Positions 1-12,014 of a stretch of 64,000 nt of DNA are shown here, in pieces. The position numbers were made by a program, and so were the translations under genes. This DNA comes from Ministeria vibrans ATCC 50519 (taxonomy: Eukaryota > Protista > Filasterea), in the NCBI GenBank assembly GCA_943704425.1, contig CALSCP010002426.1, positions 42,565-106,564 of the forward strand. Direction: 5' to 3'. Position 1 is the stretch's first letter. Each line of letters starts with the position of its first letter. Under the pieces are notes generated by a model. The model saw nothing but the letters and a program-made list of their open reading frames with translations. It did not search any database and was not told where the DNA came from.

Positions 1-237
1 AATCCCAAATGTTTTTGCTGAGTATCTCTCGTCAAATTATCTCGCGCAAAGAGTAAGTGGAATGATCGTATCAATGGATGTAAATCAATTTTGGCTCAGT
101 CTCTCGCAGTCGCTTTTTCGTTTGTGATTTCATTTTGCGTCTCGACGTGACTTTTTATTTTCTGATTGTCGTATTTTAAACGTGAAATTTACAAAGTGCC
201 ACCGATACATACAAAGTCGCAGTCACACATACATACC

Positions 238-272
<35 letters not shown>

Positions 273-967
273 GACTCAGTCTTTTTATCTTAACTGAACC
301 ATATCTTTACAATTCCAGCTGTTCCTCTACTACACTCTGCACAGTGTATCGTCTGCCAACGGCCCTGCTGTCTCTCGTGCCCTCTCCCTTATTCCTCCTT
401 CCTTCCTCCCTCTTATCGCCTCCGACAGACCATATATCTCCTCTTTACTTTCTTCTCTCGATTCCCTTTCTCAGGTATGTCCTCTCTTTGATTTCTTTTT
501 GGTCACTTACACACACTCTCTCTCACTTTCTCGATTTGTAGAGCACTTCTGACTACTTAATTGTGTTTGATTCCGTGTTAAATGGCCTATTTGCGAAAAT
601 CATTCTACTCTCTCAATGGACTCACAAACAAGTCAGTTTTTCTTTCTTTTCAGTCTGCGATATCTCATTCATTTCTGTTTCAGATTGTCGTGTGGCTCTG
701 TCAATCGCACAAGCAATTTTCCGACGAAATTCTTTTTGCATTTCTCCTCAAAGTCACCCAGTCTCTGCCCAAACCCGAAAAATCCGTACGTGTCAAAAAT
801 TCTTCTAATTGATCATTGCTCATTTCGTTCTCGCCTCGTTTCTTTCTGGTGTACAGTCAGCGTTGGAAGAGGCGTATTTTGAGCTGATTCAGCAACTGTT
901 CGCGCGACTGGTCGACACGCCCGACCAAGGGGCGTTCCTGCTTGACTTTGTTGGCTATGACGAATGA
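1..967 (+). CDS. NELFB: Negative elongation factor B (COBRA1) homolog, 3' part; 5' end outside window
   Basis: Five phase-0 GT-AG exons (<2-52, 319-474, 542-631, 684-785, 857-967) give IPNVFAEYLSSNYLAQR|LFLYYTLHSVSSAN...VFDSVLNGLFAK...THKQ|IVVWLCQSH...|SALEEAYFELIQQL...*. This aligns by eye to the recalled NELF-B C-terminus (LPESFTKFL...GLYYVLH...LFDGFFL...VHRHALRLL...AVKELYSQL). Confidence 0.65.
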
Positions 968-1293
968 ACGTCATACTGACGGTTACAAATTAATACTCGC
1001 TTGTAATTATTAGTGTTATGACGGAGAAGAGTGAAACGTTTTTTTCGTTTACTCAAGCAGAAGAAACAATACAATGGAGCGTAATACAATAATTCAGTCA
1101 TAACTCTAAACTCATAGCCCCCAAGAAGATGAAGCACCCATCGAGAATGCCCAAGTGGTTCGTAATAGGCTCACTTCACTGCTTCCAAATCACAGTCTTA
1201 GACTGAGACCTAACCTAAAATTTTAATTTTTGATATTCATTTTTTTCAACGCCCACCACCGTCGATCGACTACAGTACACACACCCAGTCAGT

Positions 1294-1473
1294 ATGGGCG
1301 GAAAAGGATCGAAAGAAAGTACGATTATAACGATGCGAACTTGCCGTCTCCAAACACGCGCAGCGCAGCGCACACGACCCCACGCCGTCGCGCATGCCAC
1401 CCTATGGCCCGACTTCCATCGATGCAATGCATTCCTGCCCCATCTGAAGCTGTCGCGGTTTTCTTCTTCAACA

Positions 1474-1518
<45 letters not shown>

Positions 1519-2582
1519 CATGGCTCATTCTCTTGTTCCGTTGCAGGCACGGAAACTAGTGCGTCGGCTCTCTTCTTTTTTTGGTCTCTGCTCCTCTTGC
1601 CGCTATGCTGCGTTCCATCACTCACCGAGACACATTTGGCGGTGTACTGATCCTTAATGCCGCGCCCCGTTGATGCGTAGAGGCCCCCAAAGAGGCGAAG
1701 AAGGCGAAGAAGGCGGGCAAGGGCGACGACGCCGCTCCTGCCGCTCCTGCCGCTGCCCCTGCCGCCGCTGCACCTGCTGCCGAGCCACCCAGCGCGGAGG
1801 AAGCTGCCGCGGCCGCACCGGCAAACCCCACGCCAATTGGAAGTCCGAAAATCCACAAGGATATTGCGCCTGAGATTGCAGCACTGCCACAGGAGGAGCA
1901 GGAGAAGCTGGCGGAGGAGGTAAGGAGGCCTGACTGCCACACCAATGCATTGTAGTCTCACCGTGTTGTGTCTATGGGTGGGTGTGCTAGACTCTGAGAC
2001 GCGAGATGGAAGACAAGGCGGCCGAAGAGGCCGAGCAGGCCGACGAGGCACCCGCCGAAATGGCTGAGACCGCACCCGCGAAGCCCCCTCTGCAAGGTAT
2101 GTGTGTTAATCGCGTCGCGTCGACGCACGCTTTCTACTGACACGCCCTTAATTATGTAGTGCGCAGAAGTCAAGCGAGCTTCATCCTCAAGTCGCCTGAG
2201 CTGATTCAGGCAGCGCAGAACGGCAAGGACGACTACGTCCAGGAGCTGATTGACGGCGGTGCCAACATCAACGACAAGGACCGTCTCGAGTTCACCGGTA
2301 GCACCGACAAACACCTGTCCGTTGTTCCCAATACTTTGTTCTTTCTTTACCGTTTGCAGCTCTTCACTGGGCCTGTCGCTATGGCCACATCAAGGTTGCC
2401 AAGATCCTTGTGAATGCAGGCGCCAGTCTCGATGCAAAGGCGCGCGGCGGAAAGTACGGCTCGAGCCACTGCGCCAGAGAACCCCCCTTGCTGAATCTCT
2501 CTTTTGTTCTTGCTCTCGTAGGACCCCGCGTGATTTTGCGTCCGGCCTTGTGAAACAGTGGATTGAGGATGAGAAGCTGTGA
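1294..2582 (+). CDS. Predicted N-myristoylated, Ala/Pro/Glu/Lys-rich protein with C-terminal ankyrin repeats
   Basis: Exons 1294-1318, 1547-1558 (12 nt), 1681-1919, 1991-2096 and three more splice in frame: MGGKGSKESTETKAPKEAKK...ELIDGGANINDKDRLEFTALHWACRYGHIKVAKILVNAGASLDAKARGGKTPRDFA...EKL*. Confidence 0.8.
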
Positions 2583-2688
2583 TGAGTAGTTGACTCTGTG
2601 ACTTTAAAAATTTAAAATATTATATTCAATATTCATATTAGTTTTCTTTATTTTACCATTTTTTTTTATCCTCTGCCCCGGCGTCGTC

Positions 2689-4625
2689 ATGAAGGTTGCC
2701 ATGTGGATGGGTAGGCCCGATCGACCCTTTGAATGCCCGTTCACACCAAACGTTCTCGTTTTGTTTTTGTTCAGTCATTGTGGCTCTGGTTGTTGCGCAA
2801 GTCGGCTTTGCCGGCTATGGCATCATTGTGCATAAGTAAGTGGATGGATATGCGCGTGCAGACGAGGTCGTTCGTGGTGCGCTTATGTGCCAAACAGGAC
2901 ATTTCTTAAACAACGTCTTGTTCGCGGTTGAGACGGAAGGCACAACCCGCTCTGTGCTGTGAGCTCGCACCCCCGCACACTCCCATGCGATTGACACACA
3001 CACACACACACACCTTCCCTCTTTCCGTCCCCTTCCTGTGTTGCTTCCTCGCTTCAGATTTGCGCCCGATCTCAATTCGCTCGTCTTCTCGCTCGTGCGC
3101 GACGGTTTCTGCGGCCCTGTCCTCTTGATTGCGGCCCTCCTCATCGAAGGACGTGCGCTACCCCGCCTCATTGACATCCCCTTCTTCTTTGGCCTCGGCA
3201 TCACCGGCATGTTTGGCAATCAACTGGTAATGCGCACACAATGGTCTCTTAGCACTGTTTGTTTGTTTCTCTCTCTCTCTATCACTTTGTTTCTCTCTCT
3301 ATCACTTTCTCTCTCTATCACTTTCTCTCTCTATCACTTTCTCTCTCCATCACTTTCTCTCTCTATCACTTTCTCTCTCCATCACTTTCTCTCTCTATCA
3401 CTTTCTCTCTCTATCACTTTCTCTCTCTATCACTCACTCTCTCTCTCTCTTTCTCCTCTCTCTCTCTCTCTCTCTCGCTATCACTTTGGTTATTTTTCCC
3501 TTTCTCTCTTTTCTTATTAGCTCTACCTTCTTGGTCTACACTACACCACGCCCGATATTGGTACGCCACATATATGAGACAAGAGCACACTCAACGTGTC
3601 TTTTTCCGTTTAGCATCTGTGTTTCAACCGGCCGTTCCCGTCTGGTGTGCCCTTCTTGCTATTATGACATGCACTGAAGAATTGCCCCCGCTCAAGAAGC
3701 TCCGCGGTTGGTGCAAAGTCATTGGCATTGCGCTGGCAACAGGCGGTGCAATATTCATGGTGCTTGAAGGTATTAATAAATAATATCTAAAAGTAATGAC
3801 GGTTTCATTGATTAGTATTAATGTTTTTTTTTTCAAGGTGAACGCGGAACGGGACCATCGCCCCGTAGCATTGTTGGCGGCACAGTGCTCTTGATTGGCA
3901 ACACAATGTGTATGGCAGTCTACCTGCTCATTCAAAAGCGCTTTGTGTTTCTCGCATCTCCATCTTCCCGCCTGGCGCGCTGGAAGGACTACCCCGTTAC
4001 CGTCACCGCCTACTCGTACATCATGGGCGCCATCTGCATGGGCTTTGCCTCCTTCTACCTCGTCGCAAAACACGAGGAAGACGAATTCCACATCACAAAC
4101 TCAGTCAGTGGCACACACACACACACACGTTGAGACAAACCATCACACTCTGACTCTCACACCTTCCCCTCCCCCTCCCCTCCCTCTCAAAAAAAAAACT
4201 CGATTATAATAGGAAATTGGAGCAATAGTGTATGCCATCTTTATCTCATCGGCGCTCAGCTACGGTCTGCTTACCTTCGCCAACAAGCACGTCCCCGCCA
4301 CCATTGTCGCGGCCTTTTGGCCCGTCCAAGTACCCGTCACAATGCTCCTCTCTTATCTTGTCAACAACGAAGTTCCTCAGAAGCTCCAATATGTTGGCGC
4401 CTCCCTGATTATTCTCGTACTGCGCTCTTCACACTACGACTTGCATTGATCTGTGTGTAACACTTTCATTTACAGGGTCTCTTTCTGGTGACGTATGCGA
4501 ATCATTTGCAGGAGAAGGACCGCAAAAGTGAAACCATCTACTCTGTGTACCAGCCCCTCGACACCACGGTGCCTCCCGAGGAGGACACCAAGACCTTTGG
4601 CAATATCCAATATCAATATGACTAA
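2689..4625 (+). CDS. EamA/DMT-family (WAT1/UMAMIT-like) transporter
   Basis: Multi-exon hydrophobic protein: AQVGFAGYGII, FFGLGITGMFGNQL|LYLLGLHYTTPDI|ASVFQPAVPVW, KVIGIALATGGA, YPVTVTAYSY, SALSYGLLTFANKHVPATIVAAFWPVQ. Confidence 0.85.
3261..3490. repeat. Intronic tandem repeat of (CT)n-ATCACTTT units
   Basis: About 11 imperfect copies of ctctctctatcacttt in an intron of the EamA gene. Confidence 0.9.
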
Positions 4626-4748
4626 AAACCATAAATTACACCTTTTTATTTTTTCTTCCCCCTATGACTCAATCGAAATTCATTAATAATTTAATAATAT
4701 TAGCATTTTCTCCATATTTATTCATTGTTGCCTCTCCCTCTCTCTATA

Positions 4749-5530
4749 TTACAACCTCACGTGCCCCTCACGCACCTGTTGTTCCACCTCGCGGGTCAGT
4801 GGCACGTACGTGCGCTCCCCATGGTCCACCATGAGCACCGCATCGCCGGCAACGCGTCCCAAATCAAACCCGTCACGTCGCACGCCTGTCTTGCGCACCT
4901 TGAGCGTCGACGTGAGCTCAGCACACGACTGGACACGCACAAAGATGGGTCGCGCGTACACAGGCAACTCATGCTCCAGATGCGCGTACAACAGTGCGCC
5001 ATCAAGTGTGTCGGTGCCCTCGCACAGGGTCACACACGCCATGCCCGCTCGTCCGTCCGTTCCCCTCTTCACCTCCTCTCCTTCTCCTCCTTCACCCTTT
5101 TGCACCACTTCTACGCCAAACACATTCGCCGTCTCAATCCCCGCACACCCGCACAACACCTGTGCCACTTCCGTCGTCGACACATTCTCACCCTTCCATC
5201 GGAAAGTATCGCCCACACGATCGCAAAAATACACAAATCCATCCGCATCGCAACGCACCAGATCACCCGTCGAAAAGTACGCATCACCCGCCACAAAAAC
5301 ATTGCTCAGAATCTTCTTCGACGAGCCTTCCTCGTCGTTCACATAGCCATCGTAGCGCAGCCGCGGTACATCCATTCGAATGAGTCCCACAAGCATACCC
5401 GTCTCGCCCACCGCCACCTCCACACAGTGTCCCTTCGCATTGCGCACTACACTTTCCCGCTCATGATCATACGCAATAATGCGCTGTGGCCAGTGACTGC
5501 GCAGCAACGGCGGAATCCATCCAATGGAGC
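4749..5530 (-). CDS. Fatty acid transport protein / very-long-chain acyl-CoA synthetase (SLC27A family), last exon only
   Basis: [10 protein letters not shown]...[22 protein letters not shown]...DGRAGMA...[11 protein letters not shown]...TSTLK (FATP signature). Acceptor at 5531-5532. The upstream exons are absent; the sequence runs into a (GT)n tract. Confidence 0.9.
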
Positions 5531-5556
5531 CTACAGAGCCATTGACAGACACTGAA

Positions 5557-5559
<3 letters not shown>

Positions 5560-5635
<76 letters not shown>

Positions 5636-5740
5636 TACACATACACTCACACACACACACACATACACACTCACTCACACACACACACACACACGCATTC
5701 TCACACTCACACTCACACTCACACTCACACACACACACAC
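5560..5740. repeat. (CA)n microsatellite between two 5'-truncated divergent genes
   Basis: Long CA/CACT tract. Confidence 0.95.
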
Positions 5741-5755
5741 ATGTGGTATGTGTAG

Positions 5756-5983
5756 GAGCGCAAAGGGGTCGTGCGTGAGCGAGACGGAACTCTCCGGACC
5801 GTCACCAAGCGCGAGCAGGTCTATATCAACGCCGCCTACTTCGGCACTTATCGCGTGCGACTCCACGACATCCGCGGTTGGGATCCTCTTCTCCCTGACC
5901 TACCTCGCTACCACAGCCCTCAGACCCGCTTCCAGACCTTTGACACCCGCAAGAAGTACCGCACCCGTCGCAAGAAGACCTAA
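5756..5983 (+). CDS. Terminal exon of a basic protein, possibly mitochondrial ribosomal protein mS22-like
   Basis: After the tgtag acceptor: [30 protein letters not shown]...RKKT*. Resembles the recalled MRPS22 motif [26 protein letters not shown]. 5' exons missing. Confidence 0.45.
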   Translation, partial: ERKGVVRERDGTLRTVTKREQVYINAAYFGTYRVRLHDIRGWDPLLPDLPRYHSPQTRFQTFDTRKKYRTRRKKT

Positions 5984-6122
5984 ACCATTGATTGTACCTC
6001 TCTTTTTTTTCTCACGTTTGATTCAATTGAGGCTATATTCATTTATGTTACATTTTCATCGGTTTGGGAGGATCGTAAAGTATGTCACATCTCTCTCTCT
6101 CTATCACTTTGTTTCTTTCTCC

Positions 6123-6158
<36 letters not shown>

Positions 6159-6170
6159 TCTCTCCTCCGA

Positions 6171-9100
6171 CTACAGTCCATCAGCAATGTTTGACAAGTC
6201 AGTCATGAGCCTCGTGCCTGTCGCGTCAGCTGAGCCCGCCGGAGCCGCCGCATTCATCGGCGGCATCGCAGCCTGTGCCGAAGCCCCTTGCGCTGATTGT
6301 TGTTGTTGCTGTTGTTGCTGCTGCTGTTGCTGCTGCATCTGCTGCTGCTGCAACAATTGCTGCTGCTTCTGCTGCTGTGCGCGCAGCGTCTGCTGCTGCT
6401 GACGCGTCTCTTGAAGTTTCCGTGCCTCCGACACCACCTTGTTCTCGTTCTCCGTCAACACTGCCCCTTCGCGGTGCTTCTGCACAAACTGCGCCGCAAG
6501 CAGCAACAGTTGTTGTTGCTTGAGGTACGTCTCGTGCTTGAGCAGCTTCTGGCGTGACGCCTCCAGCTCGGGCTTGCGCTTCTCTTGCTCCGCCGCAGGC
6601 AACGATGGCAACTGGTCAAAGTCGTGCTGCAATCGCGTCTTCTCCGTCTGCAACGCCTTCTTTTGTTCCTGCAGCAAATGTTGTTGCTGTTGAATGCGTC
6701 CAATCAGCTGTCCCGGTGGCAACACGCTGCCTCCTGTCGCAGTCCCCGTTGCAGATGCCGCAGCTGCACCAGCACCAGCACCAACACCAGCACTAGCACC
6801 AGCACCAGTACCAGTACCAGCACCAGTACCACCCTGGGCCGAGGCAGGGGCGACAGCAGTAGCTGCTGCTGGAACCGCTGGCTGGGGCTGATGAGGCGGG
6901 GCCGCCTGCGCTGGCCCAGACAGATTTGTGTCGGTGGTGGAACCAGCAAACATACCTTGCATAGGCACAGGTGTCATGTCAACAGGAGCGACCGCAGTCG
7001 TCGTTGTTGTTGTCGTCGTCGTGCTCGACGTGGTACCGCTCGTGGTCGAGGCGCCATCCGCGTCAGCCTGAGACTCATCCGTGTTTTCCGTTGGATTCGG
7101 GTACACCGGCAACTGTCCCGAGTTGAGCAAATTTTGCTGGCGTTGTTGCTTGCGCTGGAAAAGCAAACGACGCTGCGTCTGCTTGTTGGCCTGCAGGCGC
7201 TTCTCGGCAATCCGTGTCTGCAGTCGTTCCTTGATGCCGGCGCAAAAGGGCACGGGGCAGTTGCTCGCCTGACAGTGCTTCGCGTGATAGCAACACAGTG
7301 CGACAAGCTGCTTGCACACGTTGCAGACGGGCGCCTTGGTCTGGCACGTCTTGGTGTGCTGCACCACCTGCTTCATCTTCTGACAGCTCTGACGATTGCA
7401 GTTGGGCTCGACACATTTGCATGCATGCACCAGCGAGTCGATGCATCGTTGGATGGCCTTGGTGCGGTTCGCCGTGTCCGCCTGGTCACCCGCCGCACCG
7501 GCCGCCACACCGCCACCTTCGCCAAAACCGGCGTTATGCAGCGTGTGCGGATGCTTGCTGCCCTCCGCCTGGTAGCACGTGTTACACAAGTCAAAGTCCG
7601 TCTCGCACTCGTTACAGTGCCAGCGCGATTCGTCCATGTTGATCTGATTCTTGCACTTGTCGCACGAGAACTCGGCGCCCGTGTCCTCTTGTTTGTGCAA
7701 GTGATAGAGAAACATCATGCTTGCATACTTGGCCTTGCGCAAGTCATCAAACTCGTAGTGATTGTCCTTGCACAACTCGAGAAACGCCTCGCGACCGTCC
7801 AGCAGCACACAAGGCATGGGCGGGTCGCGGTCGCGCAAGTTGGTGTCGCTCTCCAATTTGGGGTCGAGTGGGTTATTGAGCACCACGTAGAAAAAGCCCT
7901 CCTTGCTCTTGTCCATGGTGTTGTAGAGACGCTCGGCGAGCTCGGAGCGCATGCGGGCGGCACCCGAGGCCGCCTTGGCCGCCTTGCCCGACAGCTTCTT
8001 GGGCGCCTTGCTCTTGCTCTTGCTCTTGCTCTGGCCCTTGGTGTTCTTGCCCTTCTTGCCCACCGTCGCCACACCGCCCTCCTTCTCCGCGAGCGCCTCT
8101 TGCTTGAGCTCACGAATCTGATCCTCAATGGCATTTGGCCAGTAGTCCCCCTCAAAGTAGCACAGCTGACGCGCATACACAATCTGCTCGAGTGCCACCT
8201 GCTTGATGGGGTCGTGATAATCGATGGCAATGCCCTCGGCCCGCGCAATGTGCAACAAGTGGCGATACCAGTCCTGCAGACGCTTGGGCTTGGGCACCTT
8301 CTGCGACTGAGGGTGGCAATAAAAGATGTAGTCGTCGCCGGGACTAGGCGGACACGCCCAAATGTGGGCCGACAGGAAGCCGAGGTGTTTGCACCAGGCG
8401 AGGTAGGAGATGAGAATTTCGTGGTAGACGCGCGTGCGCAGGTTCTTCGGCTGAAAGTAATGCACCGAGTCGAGGTAGGAGATGTAAACACGGCGGTTGT
8501 TGGGTGCCGGGCAGTTGCTGCCGTACTCTTGCACATGCAGTCCAAAGAAGCACACATCGACACCGTCCATCTTCTGGAAGGCAAAGAGCGCACGATGGCG
8601 GTAAGGGTAGGTGGTGGGCATGGGGGGCTGGCCCTCGGCCTCCTTGGTGCTGCCGTACTCGCGCAACAAAGGACGCACGTCGTGTGACTTCTCGCCATTG
8701 AACACAACGCGCACCGTAATCTCGCCGAGCTGTTGCGAGCTGCCGAGCGTCAGCTTGGCAATGCGACGCTCGATAAAGTCGCTCAGGTTGGTGCGAGGCA
8801 GACGACGAGCCGAAAAGACCGTCTTGGAGTCGCGGAAGTCGCGCACGAAACGCTCCGCCTGACGCTTGCATTGTTTGCACAGCGCAATCTTGTCCGACTG
8901 TTTGTTGTGGAGAACGCACGCTTCGTGAAACTTGCGCGGACACAGCTCGCAGTCAAGCAGCGGCTCCGTGTCGAGCTGGTCGTGACGCTTGAGCTTGAAC
9001 TCTGCCTTGGGAATGGGCTCGGGCTGGCCATCAATGACAATGTCGGTGCTGGGCACCTCGCGAAAGCATCGCTCACAAAAGACAATGCGCTTCTCGTCGC

Positions 9101-11271
9101 ACGAGTAGTAGTTGCTCTGGAAGGGGATGGATGTAAGGCACTTGCCGTAGCAGTACATGGTGACGGGTCGATACTTGTTGCGCTTCATGGCACAGCAATA
9201 GCCCATGCGGTTGGTCAGGACCGGCTCAATCTGCTGCTCAAACGAGCGCGCCACCTTCTCGGCCATCTTGTAGATGCGCGACGACTTGGCGTTGTAAAGG
9301 TAGGCATTGGCAAAGACAAGGCGCATGTCGTCGCAGTATGCTACCGGCTCCTTGTACTCGAGTTTCTCCAGCTTGGAGTGGATCGTGCCAAAGTCCATGG
9401 GATGCTTGATGATTTGCGGATAGTCGGGGATGTTGAGCAACTCGGGATCGACGGGCACACGAAAGGGGTACGCGTCCGCGTGGTCCATCACAATGAGGTG
9501 CACTGGCTTCAGGGCGTCGCGCAGACTCTTGGGGTCCCAAGGACGTCGCGCGCGCAAGTTGGGCGCCTGTCGTTTCAAGTCGTCGAGCGTCATGGTCTGC
9601 GGCGGGGGCGCCTGCTGTTGCGCCGGCACACCTCCTGCTGCCGCTGCACCGGCCACGTTGCCCACAACTCCCGCACCGCCCCCAATGCGAGCACCGCCCA
9701 CACCGCCTACGGCAGTCGCGGCCGCATTGCCTTGCGACATTTGCGCTCGCTGCTGCATGAGAAACTGCTGCTTCCGTGCCAAAATGGCCTTTTGTTGCTT
9801 TATGGTCTCGGCGGTGCCGGCCGCGCCGGCACCTAACGCACCCACCGAGCCCGTCATTGAGGCGGCAGCGGCTGCGGCGCCGCCGACACTGCCAGTCATG
9901 CCGACCGAGGCGGCTGCCGCAGCCGAGGTTGCATTGCTATTACCAAGGGCAGCACCCGCCGCCCCCATGCTCAATGCAGGATTGGCAGAGGCGTGTTGGG
10001 CAGCGGCCGCGTGCAAGCGCTGTTCGTGAGCCTTCTTCAACTTGTAGATTTTCTCCGCGAGCAAGTGATAGTACTGATCCTGGCTGGTGCCCGACTGGTA
10101 GACGTCCGTCTCAATTTTTTGGGCTACTTCACGTAGTTGTGAGTCGCTCGTGCCGCCTTGGGCAACACAGTCGCGAAGAGCATCCACCAGTTTTTGTACG
10201 AGTTTGATGCGATGCTGTTGGTTCAGGTCGATACGCCAATTGGCAGAGGCAGCAGCGCCGGCGCCGGCGCCGGCCGCGGCCGCGGCGGACGACTGTTCAT
10301 GCTGAGGGTGACCCTGTAGCATGGATGGCTGCCCTTTGGTCGGGTTGTGTTGCTGCTGATGAGCACGGGTGTCCGAAGTGGGGAGAACCCCAGAGTGAGC
10401 AAGACTCTGAAACTGACCAATGGTGGCAGCGTTGGCGGCGACCGTGGCGGCAACCGTGGAGGGTGCCGCTTCTTTCAACTCGGGAACGTGGGGTGCGCAC
10501 TGAGGACACTTCTTGCCAAGATTGCATTGAGCGCGATGGGTGAGAAAATCGCGCGAGGGGAAGCAAAGGGGCTCGATGCACTGACGGCCCGCACGGCAGC
10601 CTTTCATGTGGTTGACAAGTTTCTTTGTGGTGGCACAGTCGGCCACGTGGCAGTCGGTAAGCAAGCATGTCCCCGTGTGTAACAGAGCCTTTTCATGTTG
10701 CAGCGACAGTCCCGAAACCCTCTGAGTGTCTGAGGTTGACGCAGGGGCGGCGGCTGCTGCCGCTGCATTTGCGTCTTCAAGGGGTCTGCGAAGCGGCTCG
10801 CAAATGACACACAGTTTGTTCTTGCACTGGCTGTAGTGTGAAATGATTTGACGTGATGACGCGCAGTGGGGCTCGGGACATTGTCTTCCGGCGCGACACT
10901 GCGCCATGTGAGTGAGGACGTCCTTCATCGTGTTGCAATGGGGCACTTGACACTCTGACTGCTTGCACTTGTGTGCATGGATGAGAAGCAGCAGTTGCTG
11001 TCGAATCGCCTTCTTTCTGTCGGGTTGCGATGCACCATTGGAGGCGGTCGCAGATGCTGACGATGCGGCGGCAGCAGCGGCTGCTGGAGCAGAAGTGGAC
11101 GCACTGAAGTTGTTTGTAGACGTGTCCATAGGTACGGCCGACGATGATGAAGTAGTAGTCGCAGCGGCAGTCGCAGCAGCAGCGGTGGCAGCGGCGGCTG
11201 CAGTAGTCGTTGTGGGAGCAGCGGTCGCGGTTGTAGTGGATGATGGTACTGTTGATGATGATGATGATGCG

Positions 11272-11302
<31 letters not shown>

Positions 11303-11531
11303 CGACTGGCTGGACAGTGGGGAGTGGGACAGCGCCAGAGGTGGCGGCGGTCGCTGGAGCAGGCGTTGTCGTGTACTCGTCCATGTCATCCAAATCAGGA
11401 AGTTCCGCCTCAACATCGTAGTCGGTGTCGCCTGTGGCTGCTGCTGGCACGGCCGCGGTGGCGCCCGACGACGATTCCACCTTGACGCGCTTCAGTGGCG
11501 GCTCTTCGCCAGTATCCTCTCGGTAAACCAT
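6171..11531 (-). CDS. CREBBP: CBP/p300 histone acetyltransferase (TAZ-TAZ-KIX-bromo-RING/PHD-KAT11-ZZ-TAZ)
   Basis: 1786-aa ORF: IRQQLLLLIHAHKC (TAZ1), YYHLLAEKIYK (KIX), PFRVPVDPELLNIPDY (bromodomain), RVYISYLDSVHYF/HIWACPP/YFEGDYWP (HAT), ZZ, SLVHACKC (TAZ2). A short upstream coding exon (MIRLVPLVI, ~11703-11729) is possible. Confidence 0.97.
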
Positions 11532-11981
11532 ACCCTGTGGAACATATAAGGGTACAAAAGGTCAGAAGAGGAATGTGCAGTGAAGCGGAATAAAGTGCAA
11601 AAAGTGCGCTTTTCTGTCTTTTTCGACCGTTGCGAAAACCGTAAAAAAAAAAAAAAAAAAAAAAAAAGGACAAAATGAAAAGGATCACATAATCCTACTC
11701 ACGATGACAAGCGGTACCAAGCGGATCATACACAGGCATAAAATTGCGTGCAATGAGAAAGAGCCAGAGCTGATCGGAAGGACACAGACGAAGATTGGAA
11801 AAGGGAGTTATGAGACAGACGACACATAAAAAAAAATGTAGCCATCAAGGGCCATTTAATAGTGTCATGGGTGTCTGGGTGCACTCAATGTGAGCCATAG
11901 AGTGGATGAGGGGAGGAAAAGGGAGAGATGGAGCAGGCTAGAGAGTAGAATGGAGTTGAGAAGGGGAAAAGAGCCAAAACG

Positions 11982-12014
<33 letters not shown>

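Noticed and set aside
3038-3783. SLSL/ERER/THTH/CVCV-rich ORFs here and at 13097, 20070, 26865, 38321, 53161 and 54738
   Set aside because: These are translations of intronic microsatellites.
6585-9836. Long + strand ORFs (700 and 367 aa) antisense to CBP; similar shadows over SQLE, FATP, CHD and C2CD3
   Set aside because: Explained by GC-rich codon bias on the opposite strand; no recognisable motifs.
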